Source: Akkermansia muciniphila (lineage in GTDB: Bacteria > Verrucomicrobiota > Verrucomicrobiia > Methylacidiphilales > CAMAQI01). Taken from it: a stretch of 64,000 bases of DNA. Location: NCBI GenBank assembly GCA_945883905.1, contig CAMCYL010000004.1, positions 2,190-66,189 on the forward strand, read 5' to 3'. Position 1 is the stretch's first letter; the number at the start of each line of letters is the position of its first letter. This document shows positions 26,833 through 35,943 of the stretch, piece by piece. Both the position numbers and the translations under genes were made by a program. The notes under the pieces are model-generated. The model did not search any database. It saw only the letters and a list, made by a program, of their open reading frames with translations, and was not told where the DNA came from.

Positions 26833-27744
26833 GTGAAAAAATATTATCTCTTTCTTTTCTTGTGTGTCGCTTTTGGCTTTTGGGCCGGTCATGTGACGAT
26901 GGTACGTCATACGATGGATCAGATCGTTGCCCAAGGAGAGATTGCTCGAATGAAGGCAACGGGGATGCAATCCACGGAGGGACCGGTCTGGATGAAAGAG
27001 GGGTATCTGATATTTAGCGATCTTACCGGAAACGAACTTAAAAAATATACCGTCGATGGAGAAATCACCTCCTATCGGAGTCCAAGTTCAATGGCGAACG
27101 GGAATACCGCGGATCGTCTGGGACGACTTATCTCCTGCGAAACAGAATCGAGACGTTTGGTCATTGAAGAGAAAAATGGGGTGATTCGCACCTTAGTCGA
27201 TCGCTGGGAGGGGAAAAAATTGAATGGACCGAATGATGTGATCATTCGGTCGAATGGAACGATTTGGTTTACGGATCCGGGATATAAACTGGATCCTGAC
27301 AAGCGAGAGATTTCGAAAAATCAGGTTTACTGTTATGATCCATTGACGCAGAGCTTAAAAGCGATTCTTGATACCTTTGAAAAACCGAATGGATTATGTT
27401 TTTCTCCGGATGAAAATTTGTTCTATGTGGGAGAGGGTGGAAAATCCCATGAAATCTGGGTGTTTGATGTTCGATCGGATCATAGTTTAGCGAATGGCAA
27501 GGTTTTTACGACATTAGAACAAGGGGCACCCGATGGCATGCGTACCGATGATCAAGGTCGACTCTATGTTGCTGCCGGAAGTGGAATACAGATCTTTGAT
27601 CCGAAAGGACAATGGATTGGAACAATCGCGGTAGATGAGCCTCCCTCAAACCTCTGTTTTGGTGGCGTGGATCGTAAGACGCTCTTTATCAGTGCGAGAA
27701 CCTCGCTTTATATGATTCCATTACTGGTTCGCGGTTCTTTGTAA
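26833..27744 (+). CDS. SMP-30/gluconolactonase/LRE-family beta-propeller protein with N-terminal signal/anchor
   Basis: ..EGPVWMKEGYLIFSDL..NGPNDVIIRSNGTIWFTDP..PNGLCFSPDE..PDGMRTDDQGRLYVA..SNLCFGG. N-terminus MKKYYLFLFLCVAFGFWAG. GTG start. Confidence 0.8.
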   Translation: MKKYYLFLFLCVAFGFWAGHVTMVRHTMDQIVAQGEIARMKATGMQSTEGPVWMKEGYLIFSDLTGNELKKYTVDGEITSYRSPSSMANGNTADRLGRLISCETESRRLVIEEKNGVIRTLVDRWEGKKLNGPNDVIIRSNGTIWFTDPGYKLDPDKREISKNQVYCYDPLTQSLKAILDTFEKPNGLCFSPDENLFYVGEGGKSHEIWVFDVRSDHSLANGKVFTTLEQGAPDGMRTDDQGRLYVAAGSGIQIFDPKGQWIGTIAVDEPPSNLCFGGVDRKTLFISARTSLYMIPLLVRGSL

Positions 27745-27798
27745 TATTTCCTTCCATCAATAAATTTAGCTTGCAGGATTGAAATCCTAAAGCAGTTC

Positions 27799-28050
27799 TC
27801 ACGCCACGCCGCGACGCCGCAACGTCAGAGAGGGAGAGGATCGTGAGCTCATTCCTTTCGGCGCCTCCTTCGTCGGCTGCCGCCTCCTTCGTCGGCTGCC
27901 GCCTCCTTCGTCGGCTGCCGCCTCCCGAGAATCTCTCCCGTTTCTTTGAAAAAAGGATTTTCAAGAAACGATCGAGTTTCTCTGGAGGGGCTCGGTTTCA
28001 CCTCACCTCGGAAAGAGCTCACGATCCTCTCCGTGAGAAATTCTCGGACT
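27799..28050. repeat. Repeat B5 containing a 19-bp tandem expansion
   Basis: cacgccacgccgcgacgccgcaacgtcagagagggagaggatcgtgagctc ... ggaaagagctcacgatcctctccgtgagaaattctcgg. The unit cgcctccttcgtcggctgc is repeated about 3.4 times at 27862-27925. Confidence 0.8.
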
Positions 28051-28119
28051 TTTCCGTTTTGAACTCGAATGATTTCCTTCTTTCCAAACTCTGTTGAAGT
28101 CCTTTAACCTCAGCGGGTC

Positions 28120-28398
28120 ATGATCCACCGTGCACAAACTCTCCGAAGTAAAAATTTTCGGCATATCAAGTTTGGAGAGGCCCCTTTAGACCGGCATGAT
28201 TTTGGTCAACTTTTTGATATCCTTCGGGATCTCGAGATTGCTCTTTACGATAAGAAATTAATTCCCGTCGCCCATTGGCGACATATGAGTATTAAACTTG
28301 ATCGACATTTTCTTCATAATGAAGAGGCATTGACGACGTTAGATATTGAAACCCTTTTCGATGCAATCGAAGTGATGAGCGATCAGTTGAATCAATAG
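28120..28398 (+). CDS. Hypothetical protein
   Basis: 92-aa ORF with a non-repetitive, helical-looking sequence. I recognise no family. Confidence 0.3.
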   Translation: MIHRAQTLRSKNFRHIKFGEAPLDRHDFGQLFDILRDLEIALYDKKLIPVAHWRHMSIKLDRHFLHNEEALTTLDIETLFDAIEVMSDQLNQ

Positions 28399-28424
28399 AA
28401 TGACTTTCTTTATTTAAAAAGATT

Positions 28425-29177
28425 TCATGGAACTTGTTTTTGATTTTGGGAGATGACTAGAAGCTTATTTTGAATAAAACCTTGATGCCAATATTTCTGA
28501 TCATGAAAATAAATCTTAGTAAAATTACCTGACGCTGAAATTTCGCTGTTTTTTCGATGACGCCCCATATCATTTCGAGCAAAAACATAAAGCCAATGGG
28601 AAGAAGTTTGAGACTTTCCAAAGAGCTTCCAAGGTAAGTATGCTTTCAGATTCCAACCCTGTGGGTGCTTTTTTGTTTCAAAACGAACACCTGTTTGAGT
28701 TTTAAATAAATGTTCAAACGCATCGCCACGATAAATACCTCTGATAGTTGCCTTGTTTGGAAGTAACATTTGGAGAGAAAAATTGTTAGGGGTAAAATGA
28801 AATTCCCAATACGATTCTACGCCTTGTTCTTGAATTAAAATCTCAAATAGATCTCCTTTTACCCAAGTTTGATCATTATCTTTTGTGACTAAGCTAAAGG
28901 GGTCAGAATCAAGGAGTTCGGCAAGGACAAGAAATCCTTTATTATTGTAGGAAAACAGCACTGATCCAGCAGAATTATTTTTAGAAAATGATTTGCTCCA
29001 ATGTTGTTTTAAATCATACTTTAGTCCTGGATAATTATGAATTACTGAAAAATTCGAAAGCGAAATATTGTTATATGTTGGACCTTGTAATATTTCCTGT
29101 GATTTTGAAAATCCCTCATTAAAAAAAGAGCCAAAGATAAGAACTAAAAACACCCAAATAAACATTTTGTATCTCAA
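28425..29177 (-). CDS. Secreted CBM9/DOMON-like carbohydrate-binding-domain protein
   Basis: Signal peptide MFIWVFLVLIFGSFF. ..WVKGDLFEILIQEQGVESYWEFHFTPNN.. resembles the CBM9-like 'D.VE.F.d......Y.E' core. Confidence 0.4.
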   Translation of the reverse strand: MRYKMFIWVFLVLIFGSFFNEGFSKSQEILQGPTYNNISLSNFSVIHNYPGLKYDLKQHWSKSFSKNNSAGSVLFSYNNKGFLVLAELLDSDPFSLVTKDNDQTWVKGDLFEILIQEQGVESYWEFHFTPNNFSLQMLLPNKATIRGIYRGDAFEHLFKTQTGVRFETKKHPQGWNLKAYLPWKLFGKSQTSSHWLYVFARNDMGRHRKNSEISASGNFTKIYFHDQKYWHQGFIQNKLLVISQNQKQVP

Positions 29178-29187
29178 TAATTAAATA

Positions 29188-29883
29188 TTACTTTTTCAAG
29201 AGTTTCATATCATCTACGTAAACTTCTAACATATATCGATTCAATTGAGAGATCATTCGAATTCTACCTTTTTCATTTTTTTCCCAAAATATGCCTGCTG
29301 GCTCAACGGATGACTCATCGGCAGCAATAAAAAACTGAATCTCTTCAGGCGCTGAAGGTAAACACTCAATTTCTCCAGAGTCCCATAGAACTGCCTCCTG
29401 TTTGTCTAAATCTTTAATGATAGATTGAGCTACACCTTTATCGTAATCGTAAGAAATAGAAATTTTAAATCGATTACCTAATGTAAATCGAATATTATTT
29501 GTTTCCGCAATAAAATTACCCTGCTCAAAATGCATGATGCCAATGCGATATTTTTGTCGATACGATTCCCCTTGTTCGACTTCTGTAGAACCAATATAAA
29601 TCTTAAGTCCTTTATAAAGCCCAATAATGACGTGAGGGTAAGGACTTACTTTTCCAAACTCAACAGTAAACTCTTGGGTATAGCTTTTTCCATTCACATA
29701 ACTTGAATTTAATAATCGAGCATCACTCGGGACTATTCTACCGTGATCATAAGGGGTATGCCCTGTTTTTAAAGAAGGCAATTCTTCGAAATTATTTTCA
29801 TATAAAATCTCTTGAGAAGAAAGTGGCAATAAAAAAAATACAAGAAAACGAAAGAAAGAAAATATGGAAAAGTTTGAATTCAT
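29188..29883 (-). CDS. Secreted hypothetical protein
   Basis: Signal peptide MNSNFSIFSFFRFLVFFLLPLSSQE. It lies 10 nt upstream of the 28425-29177 gene, implying co-transcription. I recognise no family. Confidence 0.4.
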   Translation of the reverse strand: MNSNFSIFSFFRFLVFFLLPLSSQEILYENNFEELPSLKTGHTPYDHGRIVPSDARLLNSSYVNGKSYTQEFTVEFGKVSPYPHVIIGLYKGLKIYIGSTEVEQGESYRQKYRIGIMHFEQGNFIAETNNIRFTLGNRFKISISYDYDKGVAQSIIKDLDKQEAVLWDSGEIECLPSAPEEIQFFIAADESSVEPAGIFWEKNEKGRIRMISQLNRYMLEVYVDDMKLLKK

Positions 29884-29938
29884 ATTATATTTTTATGTTA
29901 CTAGAGTCTTATTCTATTGTCAAATTTCTACGGAGAAA

Positions 29939-31990
29939 TTATCTTAAAGGGTAACTTTTACTACGCTCGTAAAATTTCTGCAATTGGGATCTCTCCCATG
30001 CATTTTGAATTTTTAAACCAGAGCGGAGTAATCCATTAAACCATGCAGGTATATAAGTTCGACTCATCGTCATTCGCAACGCAGATAACTGAGAAAAATA
30101 ATTTTTCTGATGCTCTTTATTGTTTAGTCGAATTGATTCGTAGAGGTGCGCAGATAAATAGAGTGCATTTAACATTTGAAAAGCATATTCAGCATAGTTG
30201 CGATTTTCAAACCAATGATTTTGAGTGGTTAATCCGTCGGGGTAATGCTCTTCAAGTCGTAAGATTTCCCAATCCATCATTTTAATCGCTTCTCGGAATT
30301 GATACTGCCCTTTATCAATTTTCTGTAGAATCAACTCCAGGCTTCCTAAATCTGTTTTCGTTCCTAATTCCTTTAAAGGAGCTTTGCCATCCCAAAGAAT
30401 TAGTTCAGAGAGTAAACTGCAATGAGCCCACGACCGATAATCTGAAATTGAAGAAAGATTTTCTTCATGAATTTGATAAATTTCTTTTGAAAAAGAGATC
30501 GTCGATGCAGGATAACGAGTCTGAAAATAATGGGTAAACCAGCCCTCCTGAAAGTCACCTTCGGAATTCCAACATGCCTCTGCATAGGCGCACTGCGTCG
30601 TTGTGCGAACTCCCCAATGACAGAGCGCTGTATGCATGTAAGTCATTCCAACGAGTCCTTGTTTTTGATACTCTTTTAAATCTTGATGAATTTTAGGATA
30701 CAAAACTAAAGGCAAATCCTCATATTTTGAAAGGTTGTAATATTCACCTAAAACAAGTGGCATCCCGTAGGGAAATTGTAGATGTTTTTTCAGATGTTCA
30801 GCATAAAATGAATTACTGATACTGTTAGAATCATGAAACGCTCTATCGTAGGATCGACTAATTGGATAATAAACTAAGAAATCTAATCCATTTTGAAGAT
30901 TTTTAGGAACAGATCGTGTGGGAGTTTCGGCAAGTGTCGTGGTGCCCTCATAAAGACATCCCGAGATGCTCAATCGACGATTAATAAGCTTTTCTTCATA
31001 TGCCTCATCTAACCACTCTCGTACTCGGGATAAAAAATAAAGATATTGGTCTAATCCATTGCCAATCGCTTTACTTTCTGGTGCTTGGCAGACATCCCCC
31101 CATACATCAAATCCCCAAACATAAAGAATGTCCACATGCGCCCATTCATTTTTAAGTTGTTCAAAAAAGCGTGGCTTTAAATAGGCATACATCGATTCAT
31201 GTGTGACATTTAAAGTGGTAAATATTGCTTTATCTTTAACTCGCACTCCAGAGGAAGGAAGTCCATACCACTCTGGATGAGTTTCCCAAATTGTTTTTCC
31301 AGAATCCAAAGGAGTATCGGGGTGAAGCATCGACTCGAATATATGTCCACCTGAATAAAGTCTTATTCCTAATTTTTGAGCTAAAGCCCTCGTTAAAGGC
31401 CGGTCAGGATAAAAATTTAAACGCTGTCGCGCCATCCAAATAACAATATCATAGGAATCACGATGAGCTTCATGAAATTCAAAACCACGTATTAAAGAAA
31501 ATGACGGCTCCATTGTTACAGGTTTTTGAATCGAAACCCATGTGCCTAATGGAGGGGAACAGATACCGTCTTCCCAAGGAGTATACCAATACCATCCCTG
31601 AATCCTTAAAAATTCATAGACTCCCCATAATACAAACTCACGGGATGATCCTGTAATATTTAAACGACCCCCTTGAGGTTTTAAATAAAAACAACTTTTT
31701 CCATTCTGAGATTTTAATGAGGAATCGATGCAAAGTAAAAAACTAAAGTCGTGAGGACCTTCGTCGTCGAAGACCGATTTGAATTCAATAATACAGTTCG
31801 ATAATGTTTTCTGAAGATGCTCCTTAAGTTCAACCGCTGCATAAGCCAGTGTTGCACGATTCACACGATCTAATTCTTTCTGAAAATCGATTGCTGACTC
31901 TTCGTAGGCCCAAACTCCCGTATAACGGTCCGCACACTCATAAGGGAGTAAAATTGCTATTCTTTTTAAAGAAGACGGTTTAAAATTCAT
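29939..31990 (-). CDS. DUF4838-like putative glycoside hydrolase
   Basis: 683 aa. ..GGHIFESMLHPDTPL..ETHPEWYGL.. resembles DUF4838 (GH20-like) proteins. No clear signal peptide. Confidence 0.3.
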   Translation of the reverse strand: MNFKPSSLKRIAILLPYECADRYTGVWAYEESAIDFQKELDRVNRATLAYAAVELKEHLQKTLSNCIIEFKSVFDDEGPHDFSFLLCIDSSLKSQNGKSCFYLKPQGGRLNITGSSREFVLWGVYEFLRIQGWYWYTPWEDGICSPPLGTWVSIQKPVTMEPSFSLIRGFEFHEAHRDSYDIVIWMARQRLNFYPDRPLTRALAQKLGIRLYSGGHIFESMLHPDTPLDSGKTIWETHPEWYGLPSSGVRVKDKAIFTTLNVTHESMYAYLKPRFFEQLKNEWAHVDILYVWGFDVWGDVCQAPESKAIGNGLDQYLYFLSRVREWLDEAYEEKLINRRLSISGCLYEGTTTLAETPTRSVPKNLQNGLDFLVYYPISRSYDRAFHDSNSISNSFYAEHLKKHLQFPYGMPLVLGEYYNLSKYEDLPLVLYPKIHQDLKEYQKQGLVGMTYMHTALCHWGVRTTTQCAYAEACWNSEGDFQEGWFTHYFQTRYPASTISFSKEIYQIHEENLSSISDYRSWAHCSLLSELILWDGKAPLKELGTKTDLGSLELILQKIDKGQYQFREAIKMMDWEILRLEEHYPDGLTTQNHWFENRNYAEYAFQMLNALYLSAHLYESIRLNNKEHQKNYFSQLSALRMTMSRTYIPAWFNGLLRSGLKIQNAWERSQLQKFYERSKSYPLR

Positions 31991-31994
31991 ATTT

Positions 31995-32010
31995 TGTTAC
32001 TAGTGTAACA
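31995..32010. promoter_or_regulatory. Inverted repeat TGTTAC-N4-GTAACA immediately upstream of the 29939-31990 gene
   Basis: tgttactagtgtaaca lies 5 nt upstream of the ATG at 31990. The half-site tgttactag recurs at about 29897-29905, upstream of the 29188-29883 gene. Confidence 0.3.
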
Positions 32011-32293
32011 TAAAAATATTGAGAATGCAAATTTTAATAATAGTCCAAGGCTGGAACGAATTAATGTATGAGATGAAGTGGGGGAACTGGGGGTTGGAGC
32101 AACGGCAGGAGTTGGGTATGATCGAGTGATGATTGATCGCTACAAGGAGACGTGAAGCGTTGAGGCCTCACACAATGTTGATCTCGGCTTCAGGTATGAC
32201 TTCAAATTTATAATCTAAAGATTTTTTCATAAAACTTGAAAGTATCCTCTAGCGATCTTAATATTATCTGTGTTAAAAATTTTTTTGAATAAA

Positions 32294-33310
32294 ATGCTCA
32301 AAATACTTTATTGGAGTTGTGGAGTATATTTATTAATATCTACAGTTTGGTTTCTTTTTTTCCGAATAAGAGCTCAACACCAACCAATCCAAGTTTTATC
32401 TTGGAGTTCCAACTTAATGCCTCCATCGATCAGGACAATAAAAGCGATTACGTGGAATATTTCTCGTTGTCGAGGACTCGAGAGTTCTATAGACCCATGG
32501 AAAGGAGGAAGGCCTTCAGAGCGTCTTGATCGTGCTCATGAAATTGGAAAATTTCTTCTGAAACATGAAGTAGATCTCGTCTTTCTCAATGAGGTCGATT
32601 TTGGAAGTTCTTGGAGCGGAGGAATAGATCATAGTGAGCTGATTGCGATAGCAGGAAAGTTCCCCTACCTGATCAAGCAATGGAATGAAAATTTTTCGAT
32701 TCCTTTTTTACGAATTCAAGGAGGCTCAGCGATCTTAAGTAGACTTCCTCTGATAGAGGCGACTTATCAAGAACTTCCTAATCCAACTGGATTTCAGAGA
32801 TGGTTATTTGGATATTACAATCCATGGAGTGATGTTCAAAAAAAATGGAAAAATGAAATTGCTTCTGAACCACAGTATGGAATACGAGGTTGCGCGGTTG
32901 TTCGTTTGAATGTTCCGGAGTGTTCCCCTATTTATGTGACAACACTTCATATGCCATCAAGAAGTAAGTTAATTCAAAAAGCGACCGTTGAACGGCTTCT
33001 TGAGATTCAAAGAAACAATCAAGGGGGGTGGATTATCGGCGGGGATGTAAATTTAACTCCAACACATTCGTTGGATTTAAATCAGAAAAATGCATTAGAC
33101 TTTTTATTAAGCGAAGGGGGATTTCAAATCGATTTTTTCGCATTAGAAAATCCTAAAGCCTTCTCATTTCCAACCGTTAGTCCTCGTATTGCAATTGATT
33201 GGATTATGGGAACAGTTCCAATGGAATTGCATGATCAAAAATCATTAAAAAGTGAGCTTTCAGATCATCTTCCCGTATTTGTAAATATTGTTATTAACCC
33301 AATGCACTAA
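32294..33310 (+). CDS. Endonuclease/exonuclease/phosphatase (EEP) family protein, membrane-anchored
   Basis: ..IKAITWNISRCRG.., ..DLVFLNEVDF.., ..GGDVNLTP.., ..LSDHLPVFV are EEP catalytic motifs. TM helix MLKILYWSCGVYLLISTVWFLFF. The GTG at 32270 is an alternative start. Confidence 0.8.
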   Translation: MLKILYWSCGVYLLISTVWFLFFRIRAQHQPIQVLSWSSNLMPPSIRTIKAITWNISRCRGLESSIDPWKGGRPSERLDRAHEIGKFLLKHEVDLVFLNEVDFGSSWSGGIDHSELIAIAGKFPYLIKQWNENFSIPFLRIQGGSAILSRLPLIEATYQELPNPTGFQRWLFGYYNPWSDVQKKWKNEIASEPQYGIRGCAVVRLNVPECSPIYVTTLHMPSRSKLIQKATVERLLEIQRNNQGGWIIGGDVNLTPTHSLDLNQKNALDFLLSEGGFQIDFFALENPKAFSFPTVSPRIAIDWIMGTVPMELHDQKSLKSELSDHLPVFVNIVINPMH

Positions 33311-33527
33311 TAAAACCGTTTCAAATACTCTCGCTTCGCCTTCGTGCTCATTTTTGTTTCGTGGTAACCACGAACTTGAGTCAACGAATCATTTCGCACT
33401 TTGCAAATTCTTACCTCCGGTAACATTTAATGTGAGTCAATGCGCATGCAATAAGAGATAATATAAAATATTGATTTTATCTAAAAGTAGGTTACATGTA
33501 TAACATAAACTATTTTTACAAATTAAA

Positions 33528-34301
33528 ATGAAAGCCAAAACGCCAATATCAGATCACGCAGATCATTTTTTAAAGAGAGCAACGGAGCTCCTTCAAGAGG
33601 TGCTTCAAGAAGAAAAAAAGGTTGTTCAAAGGGTTGCGAAGATTTTTTCCAAGGCAATTGTGAAGGATCGTTTAATTCATGTCTTTGGGGTAGGAGGGCA
33701 TTCAGTGATTGGGTGTGAAGAGTTTTTTTGGCGGGCTGGGGGGCTTGCTTGTATTAATCCTCTTTTTGATTTTAGTTTAATGCTTTCAGGGGGTGGCGTG
33801 AAATCAACGATGTTGGAGCGTACTCCAGGGGTGGGCGATAAAGTGGTGAAAGCTCATGGGGTCAAAGCAGGAGATGTTTTGGTGATAACGAGTATTTACG
33901 GGATGAATGCGGCCACTATTGATGCGGCTCTTGAAGCAAAAAAGAGAAAAGCGACCGTGGTGGCAATTACCTCGGTAGATCATGCGAAAAAGACCCCAAA
34001 GAATTTTCCGGCAAGGCATCCGAGTAAAAAAAATCTTTTTGAAATAGCTGATATTGTTGTGAATAATCATGTTCCCCACGGTGATTCGACCATTCCAGTA
34101 AAAGGGGTTGTTGTGCCGATGGGAAGTGTCAGTACAATTTTAGTAAGTTTTTGTATTCAATGGATTGTGATGGAGACCGCAGCATTTCTTGCGAAGCAAG
34201 GAAAGAGACCTCCGATTTGGTTGAGTGCGAATGTTCCTGGTGGAGATGAGATAAACAAGGATTTAATGGAGAAGTATCTTCCGCGAGTTAAATTATTATA
34301 A
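33528..34301 (+). CDS. SIS (sugar isomerase) domain protein, UPF0309 family
   Basis: ..KDRLIHVFGVGGHSVIGCEEFFWRAGGLACINPLFD.. and ..VLVITSIYGMNAATIDAALEAKKRKATVVAITS are UPF0309/SIS signatures. Confidence 0.75.
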   Translation: MKAKTPISDHADHFLKRATELLQEVLQEEKKVVQRVAKIFSKAIVKDRLIHVFGVGGHSVIGCEEFFWRAGGLACINPLFDFSLMLSGGGVKSTMLERTPGVGDKVVKAHGVKAGDVLVITSIYGMNAATIDAALEAKKRKATVVAITSVDHAKKTPKNFPARHPSKKNLFEIADIVVNNHVPHGDSTIPVKGVVVPMGSVSTILVSFCIQWIVMETAAFLAKQGKRPPIWLSANVPGGDEINKDLMEKYLPRVKLL

Positions 34302-34392
34302 AATGGTTAGGATTGTCGACAGAAATTGCATTGTTATTTAGGGTGACGATAGATTAACAAAAGATTTTTGAATAAAAGCAAAAAGCATAATT

Positions 34393-35796
34393 ATGATAAA
34401 AAACATTCAGAATTCTAAAACCTATCGATGCGGAACATTAGTTTACACAAAAATGGGTTTGATTTCATTGTTTTCGTGGCTTCTCTGGGGAGATTTTTGC
34501 TATATACTAATGGAAAAAGTAGTTCCTACACTTGTTCCGTTAAAGTTAAAGGAAATGGGGTTTAGTGCAACTGTGATGGGCGCCATGATGGTGACCATTC
34601 CTTCAGTTCTTAATTTTACGATTACTCCGATGGTAAGTTATCAAAGTGATCGTTGTCGCAGTCATTGGGGGAGACGAATTCCTTATATTCTTGCTTCAAC
34701 GCCCTTTGTGGCATTATTACTCGTCATGATCGGTTATTCAAAACCGTTAGGAGAGTTGCTTATAGGGCTTATCCCCTTTGAACTATCATCGACCACTTTT
34801 TTTGTTGTTTGGATGGGTTTTCTCCTCACCTTCTTTCAATTCTTTAACATGTTTGTTAGTTCTGTTTTTTACTATCTTTTTAATGACGTCGTGCCACCTG
34901 AATTGATTGGTCGTTTTACCTCTTTATTTAGAATGATTAGCTATTTTGCAAGTGGATTATATAATCTTTATATTTTTAAACATGCCGAGACTCACATGAC
35001 AGAGATTTTTGTCGGAATTTCAATTATTTATCTTATTTCATTTATAATGATGGGATTGAAAGTGAAAGAAGGTCAATATCCTGAGATTATTTCAGAAATT
35101 GAGAATCCACCACGCTTTTTAGAAAAAGTACAATCGTACTTTAAAGACTGTTTTTTTCATCCTATCTATCGAAATGTGTATGCGGGACATGTTACATGGT
35201 ATTTGGGAACCATGATTAATGGTGCATTTTTATTATTATCAGCACAGTCATTTGGTTTTAATTTGGAGCAGTACGGAAAAATTTCTGCAACCTCTGAAAT
35301 ATTTTGTGCTTTCTTGTTTATTCCTCTCGGATGGGCGGTTGATCGCTTTCATCCCATACGAATAATGATGATAGGAACAGTTTGGTATTTTCTCTCAATG
35401 ACCATGCGATTGTTGTTTTTTTTCGGAATATTTTCTGGAAATCATTTATTTGTTTTGTGGGGGTTTGTTTTTATGTTAGTCGATATCGGAGGCGCTATTT
35501 ATAATGCAGCTGAATTCCCGATTTTAATGAAACTTTTTCCAAAGAAATTTTATGGGCAATTTTGCTCAGCAATGTCTATGGTACGGGCAATTTTTCTTTC
35601 CGTTGGCGGAATATTGGCAGGTCTATTTCTTGATTATATTCAACGAACTTTTCAGTTAGAGGGAGGACGTCAGTATCAACTGATCCCGCTGTGGTCAATG
35701 TTGTTTTCAGTATTAAATTTTGTTTTTATTTTCCGCGCGTACACTCTATGGAAGAAACTTGGCGGAGATCATACGTACCATCCTCCATTAAGATAA
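34393..35796 (+). CDS. MFS-type (glycoside-pentoside-hexuronide-like) transporter
   Basis: 467 aa with about 12 predicted hydrophobic helices throughout. Confidence 0.65.
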   Translation: MIKNIQNSKTYRCGTLVYTKMGLISLFSWLLWGDFCYILMEKVVPTLVPLKLKEMGFSATVMGAMMVTIPSVLNFTITPMVSYQSDRCRSHWGRRIPYILASTPFVALLLVMIGYSKPLGELLIGLIPFELSSTTFFVVWMGFLLTFFQFFNMFVSSVFYYLFNDVVPPELIGRFTSLFRMISYFASGLYNLYIFKHAETHMTEIFVGISIIYLISFIMMGLKVKEGQYPEIISEIENPPRFLEKVQSYFKDCFFHPIYRNVYAGHVTWYLGTMINGAFLLLSAQSFGFNLEQYGKISATSEIFCAFLFIPLGWAVDRFHPIRIMMIGTVWYFLSMTMRLLFFFGIFSGNHLFVLWGFVFMLVDIGGAIYNAAEFPILMKLFPKKFYGQFCSAMSMVRAIFLSVGGILAGLFLDYIQRTFQLEGGRQYQLIPLWSMLFSVLNFVFIFRAYTLWKKLGGDHTYHPPLR

Positions 35797-35943
35797 ATCT
35801 GGTTGAGATCTCACTGCAAAATCAACTCTTCACTGTAAGCTCCCACTCAGGCCCTCGCTCAATTATTCCTGCTTTATTTGAAACTTTGAAAAAGAACCGA
35901 TGATTTAAGTAATAGTTTAGACTCCGTTATAATAGAAAATGAA

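Noticed and set aside
27862-27925. Possible CRISPR array (regularly repeated 19-bp unit)
   Set aside because: The units are directly adjacent with no spacers. There are only about 3.4 copies, they sit inside a dispersed repeat element, and there are no cas genes. This is a microsatellite-like expansion, not a CRISPR array.
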